A stretch of DNA of 52,756 nucleotides from Candidatus Aerophobota bacterium (GTDB lineage Bacteria > Aerophobota > Aerophobia > Aerophobales > Aerophobaceae): NCBI GenBank assembly GCA_030672545.1, contig DAOVGF010000021.1:1-52756 (forward strand), read 5' to 3'. The stretch's first letter is position 1, and the number at the start of each line of letters is the position of its first letter. The notes beneath the pieces are model-generated. The model saw nothing but the letters and a program-made list of their open reading frames with translations. It was not told the DNA's origin and made no database searches. This document shows positions 26,493-35,549 of this stretch, in pieces. The position numbers and the translations under genes were made by a program.

Positions 26493-27545
26493 ATGATAAA
26501 TAAAATGATATTTCTGGATTGTGAGGGTCCGATTACTCTGAATGATAATGCTCTGGAGTTATGTGGTCACTTCATGGCGCGGGGAGAACATTTTTTCTCT
26601 CTTTTAAGCCGCTACGATGACTATTTAGCTGAGGTGATAAAACGGCCGGGTTATCGAGCCGGCAATACTCTCAAGTTCATTGTTCCCTTCCTTAAGGCCT
26701 TTGGGGTCACCAATGAGAAAGTCAGGCAGTTCTGCGAAACCCACATTAGATTTGTTCCAGAAGCTCCCAGAGTGGTTCGAGAATTAAGTTGCCTGGCTAC
26801 TGTTTCCATTCTCAGCACCAGTTATTGTTTCTACGTAGAAGCTGTTAGTGAAAAAATAGGATCCTCCCTTTGTATTTACGGTACAGATTTGGATCTGGAC
26901 CGATATAGTCTATCGGAGGCAGAAGCTCGAATTCTTCGGGGACTAAAGGAGGAAATCTCTGAATTTCCCCTTTTCAGCCTAAAAGGAGTGGTGAATATTG
27001 CTCAGCTTACTCCTTCGGCCCGGGAAGTTATTGACCGACTGGAGGATGTCTTTCAAAGGAAGATGGCTAAAATGAACTGTCGGCATATAATAGAGAAAAT
27101 CCAGCCGGTGGGAGGTAGTGAAAAGGTGAAACCCTTGCTGGATTTGTGCGGGACCTCCAGCTCGATGTCAGAGATAATGTATGTGGGGGATAGCATTACC
27201 GACCTGGAGGTGCTTAGATTGGTTCGCCAGAGAGGTGGGGTGGCTGTCTCTTTTAATGGGAATCGCTACGCGGTGAGGGAAGCAGAGTTTGCTTGCACCT
27301 CTTTTACTGCCTTACCTATTCTATTCTTAGGAGAAATTTTCCATGGGAGAGGGAAAGAAGGAGTGCTAAAAATTAGCCAAGATTGGCCAAGAAATCTTCC
27401 CGATGATTGGAAGAAGAAACTGTTTTCCCCAGCGACCAATGCTTATCTGGCCATGGTAACCGAAAAGAACCGTTGTTCTTTGATTGAAAGAAGTGAGATG
27501 GTGAGAAGGCGGGTGCGAGGGGAGAAAATTGGAATGCTGGGATGA
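26493..27545 (+). CDS. HAD-superfamily-like protein (resembles proteins annotated EhaR)
   Basis: FLDCEGP sits at the motif I position, reading DxE rather than DxD. YVGDSITD is motif IV. The EhaR resemblance is from memory only. Confidence 0.45.
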   Translation: MINKMIFLDCEGPITLNDNALELCGHFMARGEHFFSLLSRYDDYLAEVIKRPGYRAGNTLKFIVPFLKAFGVTNEKVRQFCETHIRFVPEAPRVVRELSCLATVSILSTSYCFYVEAVSEKIGSSLCIYGTDLDLDRYSLSEAEARILRGLKEEISEFPLFSLKGVVNIAQLTPSAREVIDRLEDVFQRKMAKMNCRHIIEKIQPVGGSEKVKPLLDLCGTSSSMSEIMYVGDSITDLEVLRLVRQRGGVAVSFNGNRYAVREAEFACTSFTALPILFLGEIFHGRGKEGVLKISQDWPRNLPDDWKKKLFSPATNAYLAMVTEKNRCSLIERSEMVRRRVRGEKIGMLG

Positions 27546-27620
27546 AAAGATCATACATTTTGTTGAGCCGGAGAAAGGATTTTATGGCGGTAAAACCATC
27601 AATCAAGGGCCAAAATAATT

Positions 27621-27839
27621 ATGATAAAGATAGACAGACAAAGATGCAAAGGTTGCGGTTTTTGTGTGAAGTTTTGTCCCCGGGGATTAATTCATCTGGA
27701 CAGTAATTTTAATGACAAAGGTTTTCATCCGGCTGTTTATGATGAGACTGGCAGGTGTAACAGTTGTGGTATATGTGCTCTGGTCTGTCCTGACGTGGCT
27801 ATTACTGTTCTGGAAAAAACTGAGGAAGAAAAAAAATGA
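27621..27839 (+). CDS. 2x[4Fe-4S] ferredoxin
   Basis: Two cluster motifs are present, CKGCGFCVKFCP and CNSCGICALVCP. Its stop overlaps the ruvA ATG (ATGA). Confidence 0.8.
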   Translation: MIKIDRQRCKGCGFCVKFCPRGLIHLDSNFNDKGFHPAVYDETGRCNSCGICALVCPDVAITVLEKTEEEKK

Positions 27840-28414
27840 TTGAATATCTCAGGGGAATTCTCAAGGAGAAAAGCCCCGGTTGGGCGGTAGTAGAAGTAGG
27901 AGGAGTGGGATATCGGGTTGACCTGTCTCTCTTTAGTTATGAGGCTCTTCCTCCCCCGGGTGAAGAAGTAAAGCTCCACACTTATTTGTATCTGAAAAAA
28001 GATAACGGGATAAACCTCTATGGTTTTTGCCAGTTAGAGGAAAGAGCCCTTTTTTATCTTCTTATCTCTGTTTCCAGTATTGGTCCTAAATCTGCCCTGA
28101 GAATTTTGTCAAGAGCTACTCCTGATAGATTTAAACAGGCCATTGAGAAAGCGGACCTGGATGCTTTGACTCATATTCCGGGAATAGGGAAGAAAACTGC
28201 TCAGAGATTGATTCTGGAGTTGAGGGAAAAAATGGGAGGAGAAGTTGGTTTTATTGCTGAAGAAGGAAGTCTGCTGAAAGACACCCTTTTGGCTTTAGTT
28301 TCCCTGGGGTATACCAGAGCTCAGGCGGCCGGGGCCGTAGAAAAAGTTCGTTATTTAGCCGATGAAAATAAGAAACTGGCTGAATTAATCAAGGAGGCTC
28401 TTAGGTATATTTAA
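27836..28414 (+). CDS. ruvA: Holliday junction branch migration complex subunit RuvA
   Basis: The MIEYLRG start, HhH motifs (IPGIGKKTAQRLILEL) and the C-terminal domain III pattern are all present. Confidence 0.9.
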   Translation: MIEYLRGILKEKSPGWAVVEVGGVGYRVDLSLFSYEALPPPGEEVKLHTYLYLKKDNGINLYGFCQLEERALFYLLISVSSIGPKSALRILSRATPDRFKQAIEKADLDALTHIPGIGKKTAQRLILELREKMGGEVGFIAEEGSLLKDTLLALVSLGYTRAQAAGAVEKVRYLADENKKLAELIKEALRYI

Positions 28415-28415
28415 G

Positions 28416-29444
28416 ATGAGACAAGAGAGGATTACTACTCCAGAACTTCAGGGTTCCGATAAGAGATTTGAGACTACTCTTCGGCCTCAGTACATAACTC
28501 AATTTGTGGGCCAGGAGAAAGTGAAGCGAAATCTGAGGATTTTTATTCAGGCAGCCCGGGAGAGGAAGGATGTTCTGGATCATACGCTGCTTTATGGACC
28601 ACCGGGATTGGGTAAGACAACTCTTGCTTATATCATTGCCCGGGAAATGGGTGGTAAGATTCGGGCTACCAGCGGCTCAGCTATCGAAAAACCCGGAGAT
28701 TTAGCTAAAATTCTGACCAGCGTTGATCTTAAGGAAGGGGATATTTTGTTTATTGACGAAATTCATCGGCTTCATCCCCAGGTGGAAGAAGTTCTTTATT
28801 CAGCTATGGAAGATTTTGAGGTTGACATTATCCTGGGTAAAGGGGCTGCCACTCGTTCGGTCAAGTTACCCCTTCCTCAATTTACTTTGGTAGGGGCGAC
28901 TACCCGAGCAGGCCTTCTTACCTCACCTTTGCGTAACCGTTTTGGAGTAATTGGACGTCTGGATTTCTACGAAAAAGAGGAACTTTATCAGATTGTTATC
29001 CGCTCGGCTAAGATTTTGAAAATAGAAATTAAGGACGAGGCTGCTCATCAGGTAGCCAGTCGTTCCAGAGGAACTCCCCGCATTGCCAATCGGTTACTTC
29101 GCCGACTAAGAGATTATGCTCAAGTTAAAGGGGATGGAGTAATTACCATTTCTATTGCCCAGGAAGCATTGAGACTTTTGGAAGTAGACAAGAAAGGATT
29201 GGATTCTATGGACAGAAATATTTTGGAGACAATTCTTTATAAGTTCGGAGGTGGTCCGGTGGGCCTCAAAACTCTGTCCATGGTGGTCAACGAAGAACCG
29301 GAAACCATAGAGGAAGTCTACGAGCCCTATTTAGTACGCGAGGGGCTGATTAACCGCACTCCCAAGGGAAGAGTGGCTACCCAGTTTCTTTACGAGTACT
29401 TGGGAAAACCTTTTCCCCAACCAGACCAGGGTCAGTTTTTTTGA
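28416..29444 (+). CDS. ruvB: Holliday junction ATP-dependent DNA helicase RuvB
   Basis: The motifs LRPQYITQFVGQEKVK, Walker A GPPGLGKTT, Walker B FIDEIH and RGTPRIANRLLRR are present. Confidence 0.95.
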   Translation: MRQERITTPELQGSDKRFETTLRPQYITQFVGQEKVKRNLRIFIQAARERKDVLDHTLLYGPPGLGKTTLAYIIAREMGGKIRATSGSAIEKPGDLAKILTSVDLKEGDILFIDEIHRLHPQVEEVLYSAMEDFEVDIILGKGAATRSVKLPLPQFTLVGATTRAGLLTSPLRNRFGVIGRLDFYEKEELYQIVIRSAKILKIEIKDEAAHQVASRSRGTPRIANRLLRRLRDYAQVKGDGVITISIAQEALRLLEVDKKGLDSMDRNILETILYKFGGGPVGLKTLSMVVNEEPETIEEVYEPYLVREGLINRTPKGRVATQFLYEYLGKPFPQPDQGQFF

Positions 29445-29449
29445 CAATC

Positions 29450-30052
29450 TCAGTGATGTTTGAGATTGGACCGTCGTCCACTTCTTAATTTTACTTTTTG
29501 GGAAGGAGAGATCCAGCAAGAGCGCAGTTTCTTAATTAGAGGTATTATGATTAGAAATATCATCAGAAGCAGTAGATAAGAAAAAATAGCTATCCCGGCA
29601 GCAAATATACCGCTACCCACTAACCAGGACTTTATCTCCATCAAAAAGGCCCAGAGGACACTGAGGTCACCGGCAAGCAACCTTAAAAATCCATTTCCTA
29701 CAGATCTCCACACCCCCACAAAAAAATGCCAATCAAGTACATTCCAGGAAAAGTTGGTCCGGGCAGGTTGAAAAATCTCAGTTCCAAACTTATAACCCAG
29801 AGTGTAGAAAAAGACTACGGTGAAGGGGTTGGAAACAAAGGTTCCCAGTATTGTTGAGATTTTATTGGCTCGCAGCAGAAAAGCAATAGGTAGAGCGAAA
29901 ATCCAGGCAAAACCAAAGGTAGGCATAATTCCCCAAAAGACGCCAATGGCAAATCCACGGGCAATGCGTTCCGGAGGATCGTTGATTAAAAATAGTTTCT
30001 TCCCCACGGTTTTAAGTCGACGCACCCAACTTTTCTTTTTTCTCTTACTCAT
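29450..30052 (-). CDS. DUF2062-family membrane protein
   Basis: A basic N-terminus is followed by PERIARGFAIGVFWGIMPTFG and several TM helices. Confidence 0.65.
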   Translation of the reverse strand: MSKRKKKSWVRRLKTVGKKLFLINDPPERIARGFAIGVFWGIMPTFGFAWIFALPIAFLLRANKISTILGTFVSNPFTVVFFYTLGYKFGTEIFQPARTNFSWNVLDWHFFVGVWRSVGNGFLRLLAGDLSVLWAFLMEIKSWLVGSGIFAAGIAIFSYLLLLMIFLIIIPLIKKLRSCWISPSQKVKLRSGRRSNLKHH

Positions 30053-30125
30053 TTCTCTCTCAACCTGACTAATAAACTGAATTACCGATATATTTTATCA
30101 AAACTAAGCAAAAAAGCAAGCGGCA

Positions 30126-30307
30126 CTCGGGATATTCTGTCTCGCTCCGGTGATACTCTATTACAGTAATAACTGGTCAGTCTCCTCGCTTCGGGAAAAA
30201 ATAAACTCGCCTCTTTGAGGTTCAGACAGAATTTTTTCTTTATCCTCCACTCGGAAGACTTCCTTAAGGTAGAGTATCAAAGTCGCTTCACCAGAATATC
30301 CCTCGCT
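30126..30307. mobile_element. MITE-like non-coding element with imperfect terminal inverted repeats
   Basis: The left arm is CTCGGGATATTCTGTCTCGCTCCGGTGATACTCTA. The right arm is AGAGTATCAAAGTCGCTTCACCAGAATATCCCTCGCT. GGGATATTCTG/CAGAATATCCC and GATACTCT/AGAGTATC pair as inverted repeats. No ORF is present. Confidence 0.5.
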
Positions 30308-30320
30308 AAAGTATAAACAA

Positions 30321-30376
30321 GGTAGCCGCAGGCTTTAGCCTGCGTTTATTTGCGCAGCTTGAAAGCTGCGGCTACC
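30321..30376. repeat. REPIN-like doublet (locus d)
   Basis: The sequence is GGTAGCCGCAGGCTTTAGCCTGCGTTTATTTGCGCAGCTTGAAAGCTGCGGCTACC. It is nearly identical to 16797-16852. Confidence 0.9.
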
Positions 30377-30400
30377 ATATATTCTGTCTCGCTCTGTTGA

Positions 30401-30436
30401 TTCCGTTCCTCTCGTTCTTCTGGTTCTTCTGGTTGA
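30401..30436. repeat. 9-nt tandem array (4 units)
   Basis: The units are TTCCGTTCC TCTCGTTCT TCTGGTTCT TCTGGTTGA. They are preceded by a partial MITE-arm-like ATATTCTGTCTCGCTC. Confidence 0.8.
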
Positions 30437-30684
30437 GTTGACTCCCAGTGATAGAACTGCATTGTTAGGAGAGGGAAATAACATCATCTGCTGTTGGCAA
30501 CTTCGTTTTTGGACATTTGGATTTTAGAATTGTTTCGGATTTAGTATTTAGAATTTATCCTTAGTTATAGTGGATTATTAATATTCTTGCGAAAAAATAG
30601 TACTTACTTAAAGTGGCAAGGAAAACCAGGCACATTAGACCGAAAAATAAGGGAAAGATGAAACTAGATGGATGTTGCTCGAGC

Positions 30685-31719
30685 TTAGGACGACAGAACT
30701 TCACTCACGTAAACATTTCTTCTCTCTTTGTGCGATTGTATAGCTGCTCGAACAACTGCTAATACCCGAAGAGCCTCTTCACCACTTACTTCAGGTTTCT
30801 TGTTCTCTCGGATGCATTCCACAAATTCATCCAACTCTTCACGAATAGTCTCAGTATTTCTCGTATCAATTCCCTCCGAGTCCAGGCAATTTTTATGTTT
30901 TGAATCTTTTTCCTGTAGAAAAAGTCCTTTGGAATAGTCAAAAAATAAATTAGCCTCCGTACCGTAGAGGTTAAGATGAAGATTAAAAGGAATCACGTAG
31001 GCTGATCCAACATATCCTATTAAACCATTCTCAAAATATAAGGTAGTAGAGGTTACATCAGGAATCTGCGAAGGAGTGAAAACTTTACTAAAGACAGATG
31101 AGACTTGTTCTACAGGTCCAAAGAAGTACTGGAGTGTATCAATAAGGTGAATTCCTACCTGGATTAGTGGACCAGAAGGGGCTTGTTCTTCATACCATCG
31201 CCAGGTACTCGAAGTGAGTTCCAAACCAAGATTATGTGAATAGTTACCTTCAGCCATTACAGGAGTACCGATGGTTCCTTTTTCTATCAGTGATTTCATT
31301 TTTCTGAAAGGACCAAATCGGCGAGCATTGTGACCTACCTCTAAAATGACTCCTTCGTCCCGGCAAGTATTTATCATTTTTTTAGCTTCCTCAATGGTAT
31401 TAGATATGGGTTTCTCTACAAAAATGTGTTTTCCTCTTTGGGCTCCTAAGACAGCATATTCACAATGTGTAGAATTAGTAGTTGTAAGAATAAGAGCCTC
31501 TATACTTTGATCTTCCAATATTTCTTCGAAGCTCGAGGCTGGCTGGCAGTTATATTTTTCACAAAATCTTTCCCTTTTCTTTGGTGTCCTGGTAAAAGCT
31601 TTGGCTAAGGAAATCTTTTTTGATCTTTTTACTCCCTCAGCTATGGTCTGGGCCCAATCTCCCAGACCAATCATTGCTACTCTCAGCCGGATATTATCTG
31701 AGTCTCCCTTAATCATCAT
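30685..31719 (-). CDS. Gfo/Idh/MocA-family NAD(P)-dependent oxidoreductase
   Basis: The Rossmann N-terminus is RVAMIGLGDWA and the EKP motif is FVEKPIS. I chose the start at MMIKGD (ATG 31719) after an AGGAG RBS. The ORF track starts 20 codons earlier. Confidence 0.85.
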   Translation of the reverse strand: MMIKGDSDNIRLRVAMIGLGDWAQTIAEGVKRSKKISLAKAFTRTPKKRERFCEKYNCQPASSFEEILEDQSIEALILTTTNSTHCEYAVLGAQRGKHIFVEKPISNTIEEAKKMINTCRDEGVILEVGHNARRFGPFRKMKSLIEKGTIGTPVMAEGNYSHNLGLELTSSTWRWYEEQAPSGPLIQVGIHLIDTLQYFFGPVEQVSSVFSKVFTPSQIPDVTSTTLYFENGLIGYVGSAYVIPFNLHLNLYGTEANLFFDYSKGLFLQEKDSKHKNCLDSEGIDTRNTETIREELDEFVECIRENKKPEVSGEEALRVLAVVRAAIQSHKERRNVYVSEVLSS

Positions 31720-31865
31720 AAATTCTCCTATCCTTTTTCCTTCCAAGTTTGTACAAACTGAATTTAAGCATGAACACAAATACAGGTACCCAATTTCTCA
31801 TAAAGAATTAACTGGAATATTTAATTGTCTTCTAAGATGGAGTAGAAAAAACAATACAATTTCAT

Positions 31866-32729
31866 TTAGTATTTAAGGACTCCTTTTGATAAAAAGATGT
31901 CCCTAATTGTCTCACAATACTTCAGGAATTTGGTTGAACCTTGAATCTTAAGATTCCTTGGACGGGGTAAATTAATATTTATGATTTTATCTATCTGGCC
32001 TGGTCGAGGTGTCATTACAATTATTTTATCGGCCAGGATTACTGCTTCCTGGATACTATGAGTGATAAAGAGGACGGTTTTTCTTTTCTTAAGCAAGAGT
32101 TTTTCCACATCGATTCTCATCTGTTCCCGGGTTAAGGCATCCAGTGCCCCAAAAGGCTCATCCATAAGTAAAAAAGGGGGATTATGAACTAAAGCCCGAC
32201 AGATAGAGACTCTCTGGCACATTCCTCCAGAGAGTTCAAAGGGATATTTATTTTCAAAACCCTTCAGTCCCACGGACTCCAAAAGTTCAAGGGCGTACGA
32301 TTCATACTTTTCGTTTTTCAGTTCCCGCATTTCAATTTGAAGCATCACATTTTTTATGGAGGTTCTCCATGGAAGAAGCGTAGAGTTCTGAAAGACAATT
32401 CCCACATTGGTTTGTGGTCCTTCCACCGAACGACCTTCGATCTTAACTACACCTTGCGTTTTGGGGGTAAGCCCTGCGATAATCATCAATAAAGTGCTTT
32501 TTCCGCATCCACTCGGGCCAACAACGACGATAAACTCTCCTTCTTTTATATCAAAGGAAACCTTATCAAGAGCATGACACTCATCGTGCCGCATAAGGTA
32601 TGTTTTGCTCAAGTGAGATACACTCATATAGACCTTATCCTTATTCTTCCCTTTTTCATTTTTCTTATTTTCGTCTCTGGCAAGATATGAATGCTTTTGC
32701 ATAGTTTCCATCTTCTTCAATTTCTCCAT
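31866..32729 (-). CDS. ABC transporter ATP-binding protein (NitT/TauT family)
   Basis: Walker A GPSGCGKST, signature LSGGMCQR and Walker B LLMDEPF are present. The true start is possibly downstream (MSVSHLSKTY). Confidence 0.9.
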   Translation of the reverse strand: MEKLKKMETMQKHSYLARDENKKNEKGKNKDKVYMSVSHLSKTYLMRHDECHALDKVSFDIKEGEFIVVVGPSGCGKSTLLMIIAGLTPKTQGVVKIEGRSVEGPQTNVGIVFQNSTLLPWRTSIKNVMLQIEMRELKNEKYESYALELLESVGLKGFENKYPFELSGGMCQRVSICRALVHNPPFLLMDEPFGALDALTREQMRIDVEKLLLKKRKTVLFITHSIQEAVILADKIIVMTPRPGQIDKIININLPRPRNLKIQGSTKFLKYCETIRDIFLSKGVLKY

Positions 32730-34054
32730 TCTTTAGTTTTCTCAACTTCGTTTTCAAGAGATTCTTTGAATGAGATAGCTCCCTGGGGACAGATATAGTA
32801 ACAGGTGCGACATCCTTCGCACTTATTTACCAGAACCTTAGCCTTATTTATCTTTTCCAAAAAAATAATCGCCTCATTAGTGCACGGGGAGATACACTTC
32901 TTACATCCATTACATAATTCCTCATCTACTATAGCCATAGGTTGGCTAACTTTATCAACTTGGTCTGGTTCCACTAACCTAATTATGCCGGAAAAATCAC
33001 CGGGACTATAATACTCTTTTTTTTGCATCCACTCTTTCATTTCTTTCAGTATCCTCTTAACCAGACTATATCCTTCAACAAGGATTTGCGTGCAGATCTC
33101 TACTCCATTAGCACCGGCTAAGATGAGTTTTACTACATCATCTCCGGAGCTTACGCCTCCCGAAGCAATGATGGGAATAGTGATTTTCTTGTAATATTGA
33201 CCTTCGTAAGAACTTTTCCAACCTAATTTCTCGGTACCTGGCTTTCTTTGACGCATACGATAAATATAGGCACTCAAAATAGGAACGGACCAGTTTCCTC
33301 CGTATCCCATCAGGCCTGGCCAGAGAGAGGTTTTTTCCTGGCCGGTATCAATATTAATAGACATCCAGCGTGCCGTGGGAACAATAGCATTAGCTCCGGC
33401 GTCCTCCGCGATTTGAGCTAAAGAAATTACATCACAGCAGTCTATCGGAAGTTTAACCAAAATAGGAAGATTGGTTATTTTTCTTATAGTCCTTATAGGG
33501 CCCCGGAGGTATTTTTCTGGATCAGCTTGTATGTATCTACCTGGTTCAACAGTGGGACAGGGTCCTGTGTGAAGCTCCAGAGCATCTACCCCTGCCTTAT
33601 CCATAGCAATTGCCTCAGCTTCCCACAGATCTTCAGAGGAAAAATAGTCTCCACACCACCCTATATTGGTAATGATGAGGGAATTATACTCATGAGCATA
33701 ATGAACCATCCTTTTTACCTCGGATGTCCATTCTTGGAGTGTGGGACGGGGACTTGCCCCTCCTACTCCCGGAGAAATATCTCTATTGACCCTTAAGGCC
33801 TTTACCGCAGCCGATTGAAAGGAATAAAGCCCTCGCCTAAAAGTCTTATCGGAGTGGTAGATATTCCAAAATTCACGGGTAGATGGAGGTTTCTCATCCA
33901 GGTTTCTTAACTGCAAACCTCTCACCACAATAGCTCCACAGCCAGCATCGATCCCTTTCTTGACAATATCATAATTCTTAGTATTTGGTCCGGCGGCTGC
34001 TATAATAGGATTTTTTAGCTCTAATCCGGCACATTTTATGGACAAGTCAACCAT
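32717..34054 (-). CDS. Dihydroorotate/dihydropyrimidine dehydrogenase-like flavoprotein with C-terminal 2x[4Fe-4S] domain (PreA-like)
   Basis: GLELKNPIIAAAGP opens a class-1 DHOD-like TIM barrel. The C-terminal cluster motifs are CNGCKKCISPC and CEGCRTCYYICP. I chose the start at MVDLSIK (ATG 34054). The ORF is open to 34192. Confidence 0.75.
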   Translation of the reverse strand: MVDLSIKCAGLELKNPIIAAAGPNTKNYDIVKKGIDAGCGAIVVRGLQLRNLDEKPPSTREFWNIYHSDKTFRRGLYSFQSAAVKALRVNRDISPGVGGASPRPTLQEWTSEVKRMVHYAHEYNSLIITNIGWCGDYFSSEDLWEAEAIAMDKAGVDALELHTGPCPTVEPGRYIQADPEKYLRGPIRTIRKITNLPILVKLPIDCCDVISLAQIAEDAGANAIVPTARWMSINIDTGQEKTSLWPGLMGYGGNWSVPILSAYIYRMRQRKPGTEKLGWKSSYEGQYYKKITIPIIASGGVSSGDDVVKLILAGANGVEICTQILVEGYSLVKRILKEMKEWMQKKEYYSPGDFSGIIRLVEPDQVDKVSQPMAIVDEELCNGCKKCISPCTNEAIIFLEKINKAKVLVNKCEGCRTCYYICPQGAISFKESLENEVEKTKEWRN

Positions 34055-34265
34055 TTTTCCCTTCTGGATTAGAAAAAACCACTTTAGTATTTCTTTACAT
34101 CTTTGGACGGATGTCTCATTATCAGAGATATGTGATGCATCTCTTAATAAAGAAGTAGGCTTAATTTCTACTTTAGTGGTATGTCCCTCCACTCAGAGTG
34201 AAGGGACATACCACTCACTTAATCAGTCTTTTAAAAGCCATTATTAATTACCAACACTTTCTTGG

Positions 34266-35291
34266 TCAGTTTCCCAACAAAGTCGGGCAAGGGACAAACT
34301 CATTAATGTGAAAGTCCTGCCAGGTCTTGTTAGTTTTTAGGTCTTTGAATTCCTTAAGCATGTCTACCATGGCTGTTACCCGGTTGGGATCTCCATAGCC
34401 AAACCGAGCCGGCCTTTTTAGTTGGAGGAGGACGGTCAGAACTTTTTCCAGTTCAAGGCTTATGTGCTCCCTATCCCGGTCTGGATGTGCCGCCATGAAA
34501 ACATCCAGAGCTGCTTCAGAATCTTTTTCTGTTTCCAGTATTCCCTTTACTGTTGCCTCCACAAATCGTTTCACCAAATCCGGCTTGTTGGATATTGTGT
34601 CACAATGCGTAATTAGCGTGAGTCCCATAGCGGCGATTCCCATATCACTAAACAATATATATTCCGGTTCAAAGCCCTTGCTTTTAAGTATCGAAGGTTG
34701 GTCTGATATCCCGCCCAGCAGAGCATCTACCTTTCTCTGCATCAAGGCAATTGGTTTAGATGCGGCATCCATAAGGATGACGTTTATCTTGTTCGCATCG
34801 AGATTATTCTTGGCCACAACGGGACCAAAGGTTCTATACGGGGAGCCATCGGCAGTGGCAGCGATAGTTTTTCCTTCCAGATCCTTAGCACTCTTGATAT
34901 CTGTCCCCTTAAGAAAAATAACCCCTTCGGCTTGATCCTGGGATATTACGAGAACACTCTTTATGGGAATACCTTTGGCGATTGCTTCACAGGCAATGGG
35001 GGCCACGGCTAAGGCGAAATCATCAGACTTGTTTCCCACTAACTGCGTAGAAATGCCTGAACCACGTCCTTCGATAATCTCCACGTCGATTCCATATTCC
35101 TCATAGTACCCTTTCTCTTGAGCTACCACATAGGGAACGTGGATCCCTCCCCAATACCAGTTCATCCTGAAGGTTACTTTATCCAGAGATTTGGCCGGAG
35201 CTCCGGCGGAAAACAGAATGACTACCAAGCTGAGAATAGAAAAAACAGTAAAGACCTTTATTGTTTTGCCTCTTTTTGATACTGTTAACAT
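34266..35291 (-). CDS. ABC transporter substrate-binding protein (NMT1/THI5-like, NitT/TauT family)
   Basis: A signal peptide is followed by KVTFRMNWYWGGIHVPYVVAQEKGYY, which is typical of NMT1/SsuA-type binding proteins. Confidence 0.8.
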   Translation of the reverse strand: MLTVSKRGKTIKVFTVFSILSLVVILFSAGAPAKSLDKVTFRMNWYWGGIHVPYVVAQEKGYYEEYGIDVEIIEGRGSGISTQLVGNKSDDFALAVAPIACEAIAKGIPIKSVLVISQDQAEGVIFLKGTDIKSAKDLEGKTIAATADGSPYRTFGPVVAKNNLDANKINVILMDAASKPIALMQRKVDALLGGISDQPSILKSKGFEPEYILFSDMGIAAMGLTLITHCDTISNKPDLVKRFVEATVKGILETEKDSEAALDVFMAAHPDRDREHISLELEKVLTVLLQLKRPARFGYGDPNRVTAMVDMLKEFKDLKTNKTWQDFHINEFVPCPTLLGN

Positions 35292-35549
35292 TTTTTCACC
35301 TCTTTATACATTTGGATTTAGTAAAGAACTTACCTGGTTAAAGTAACTATCACCTCCTTTTTGCTTGATTTTCGATCCATATTCTCAGAGTCTATAACTA
35401 ATTAGTACATAGTTTTCTGAATAATCTTATAACACCATGATTTGTTACTACGAAACTGCCCGAGGCGAGCGTGGCAATTTGTTGAGATTACGGAGACTAT
35501 CTCGACTCTATTTTGGTTCCCTCTTCACCAGTTTAGACCCTAAGTAATA

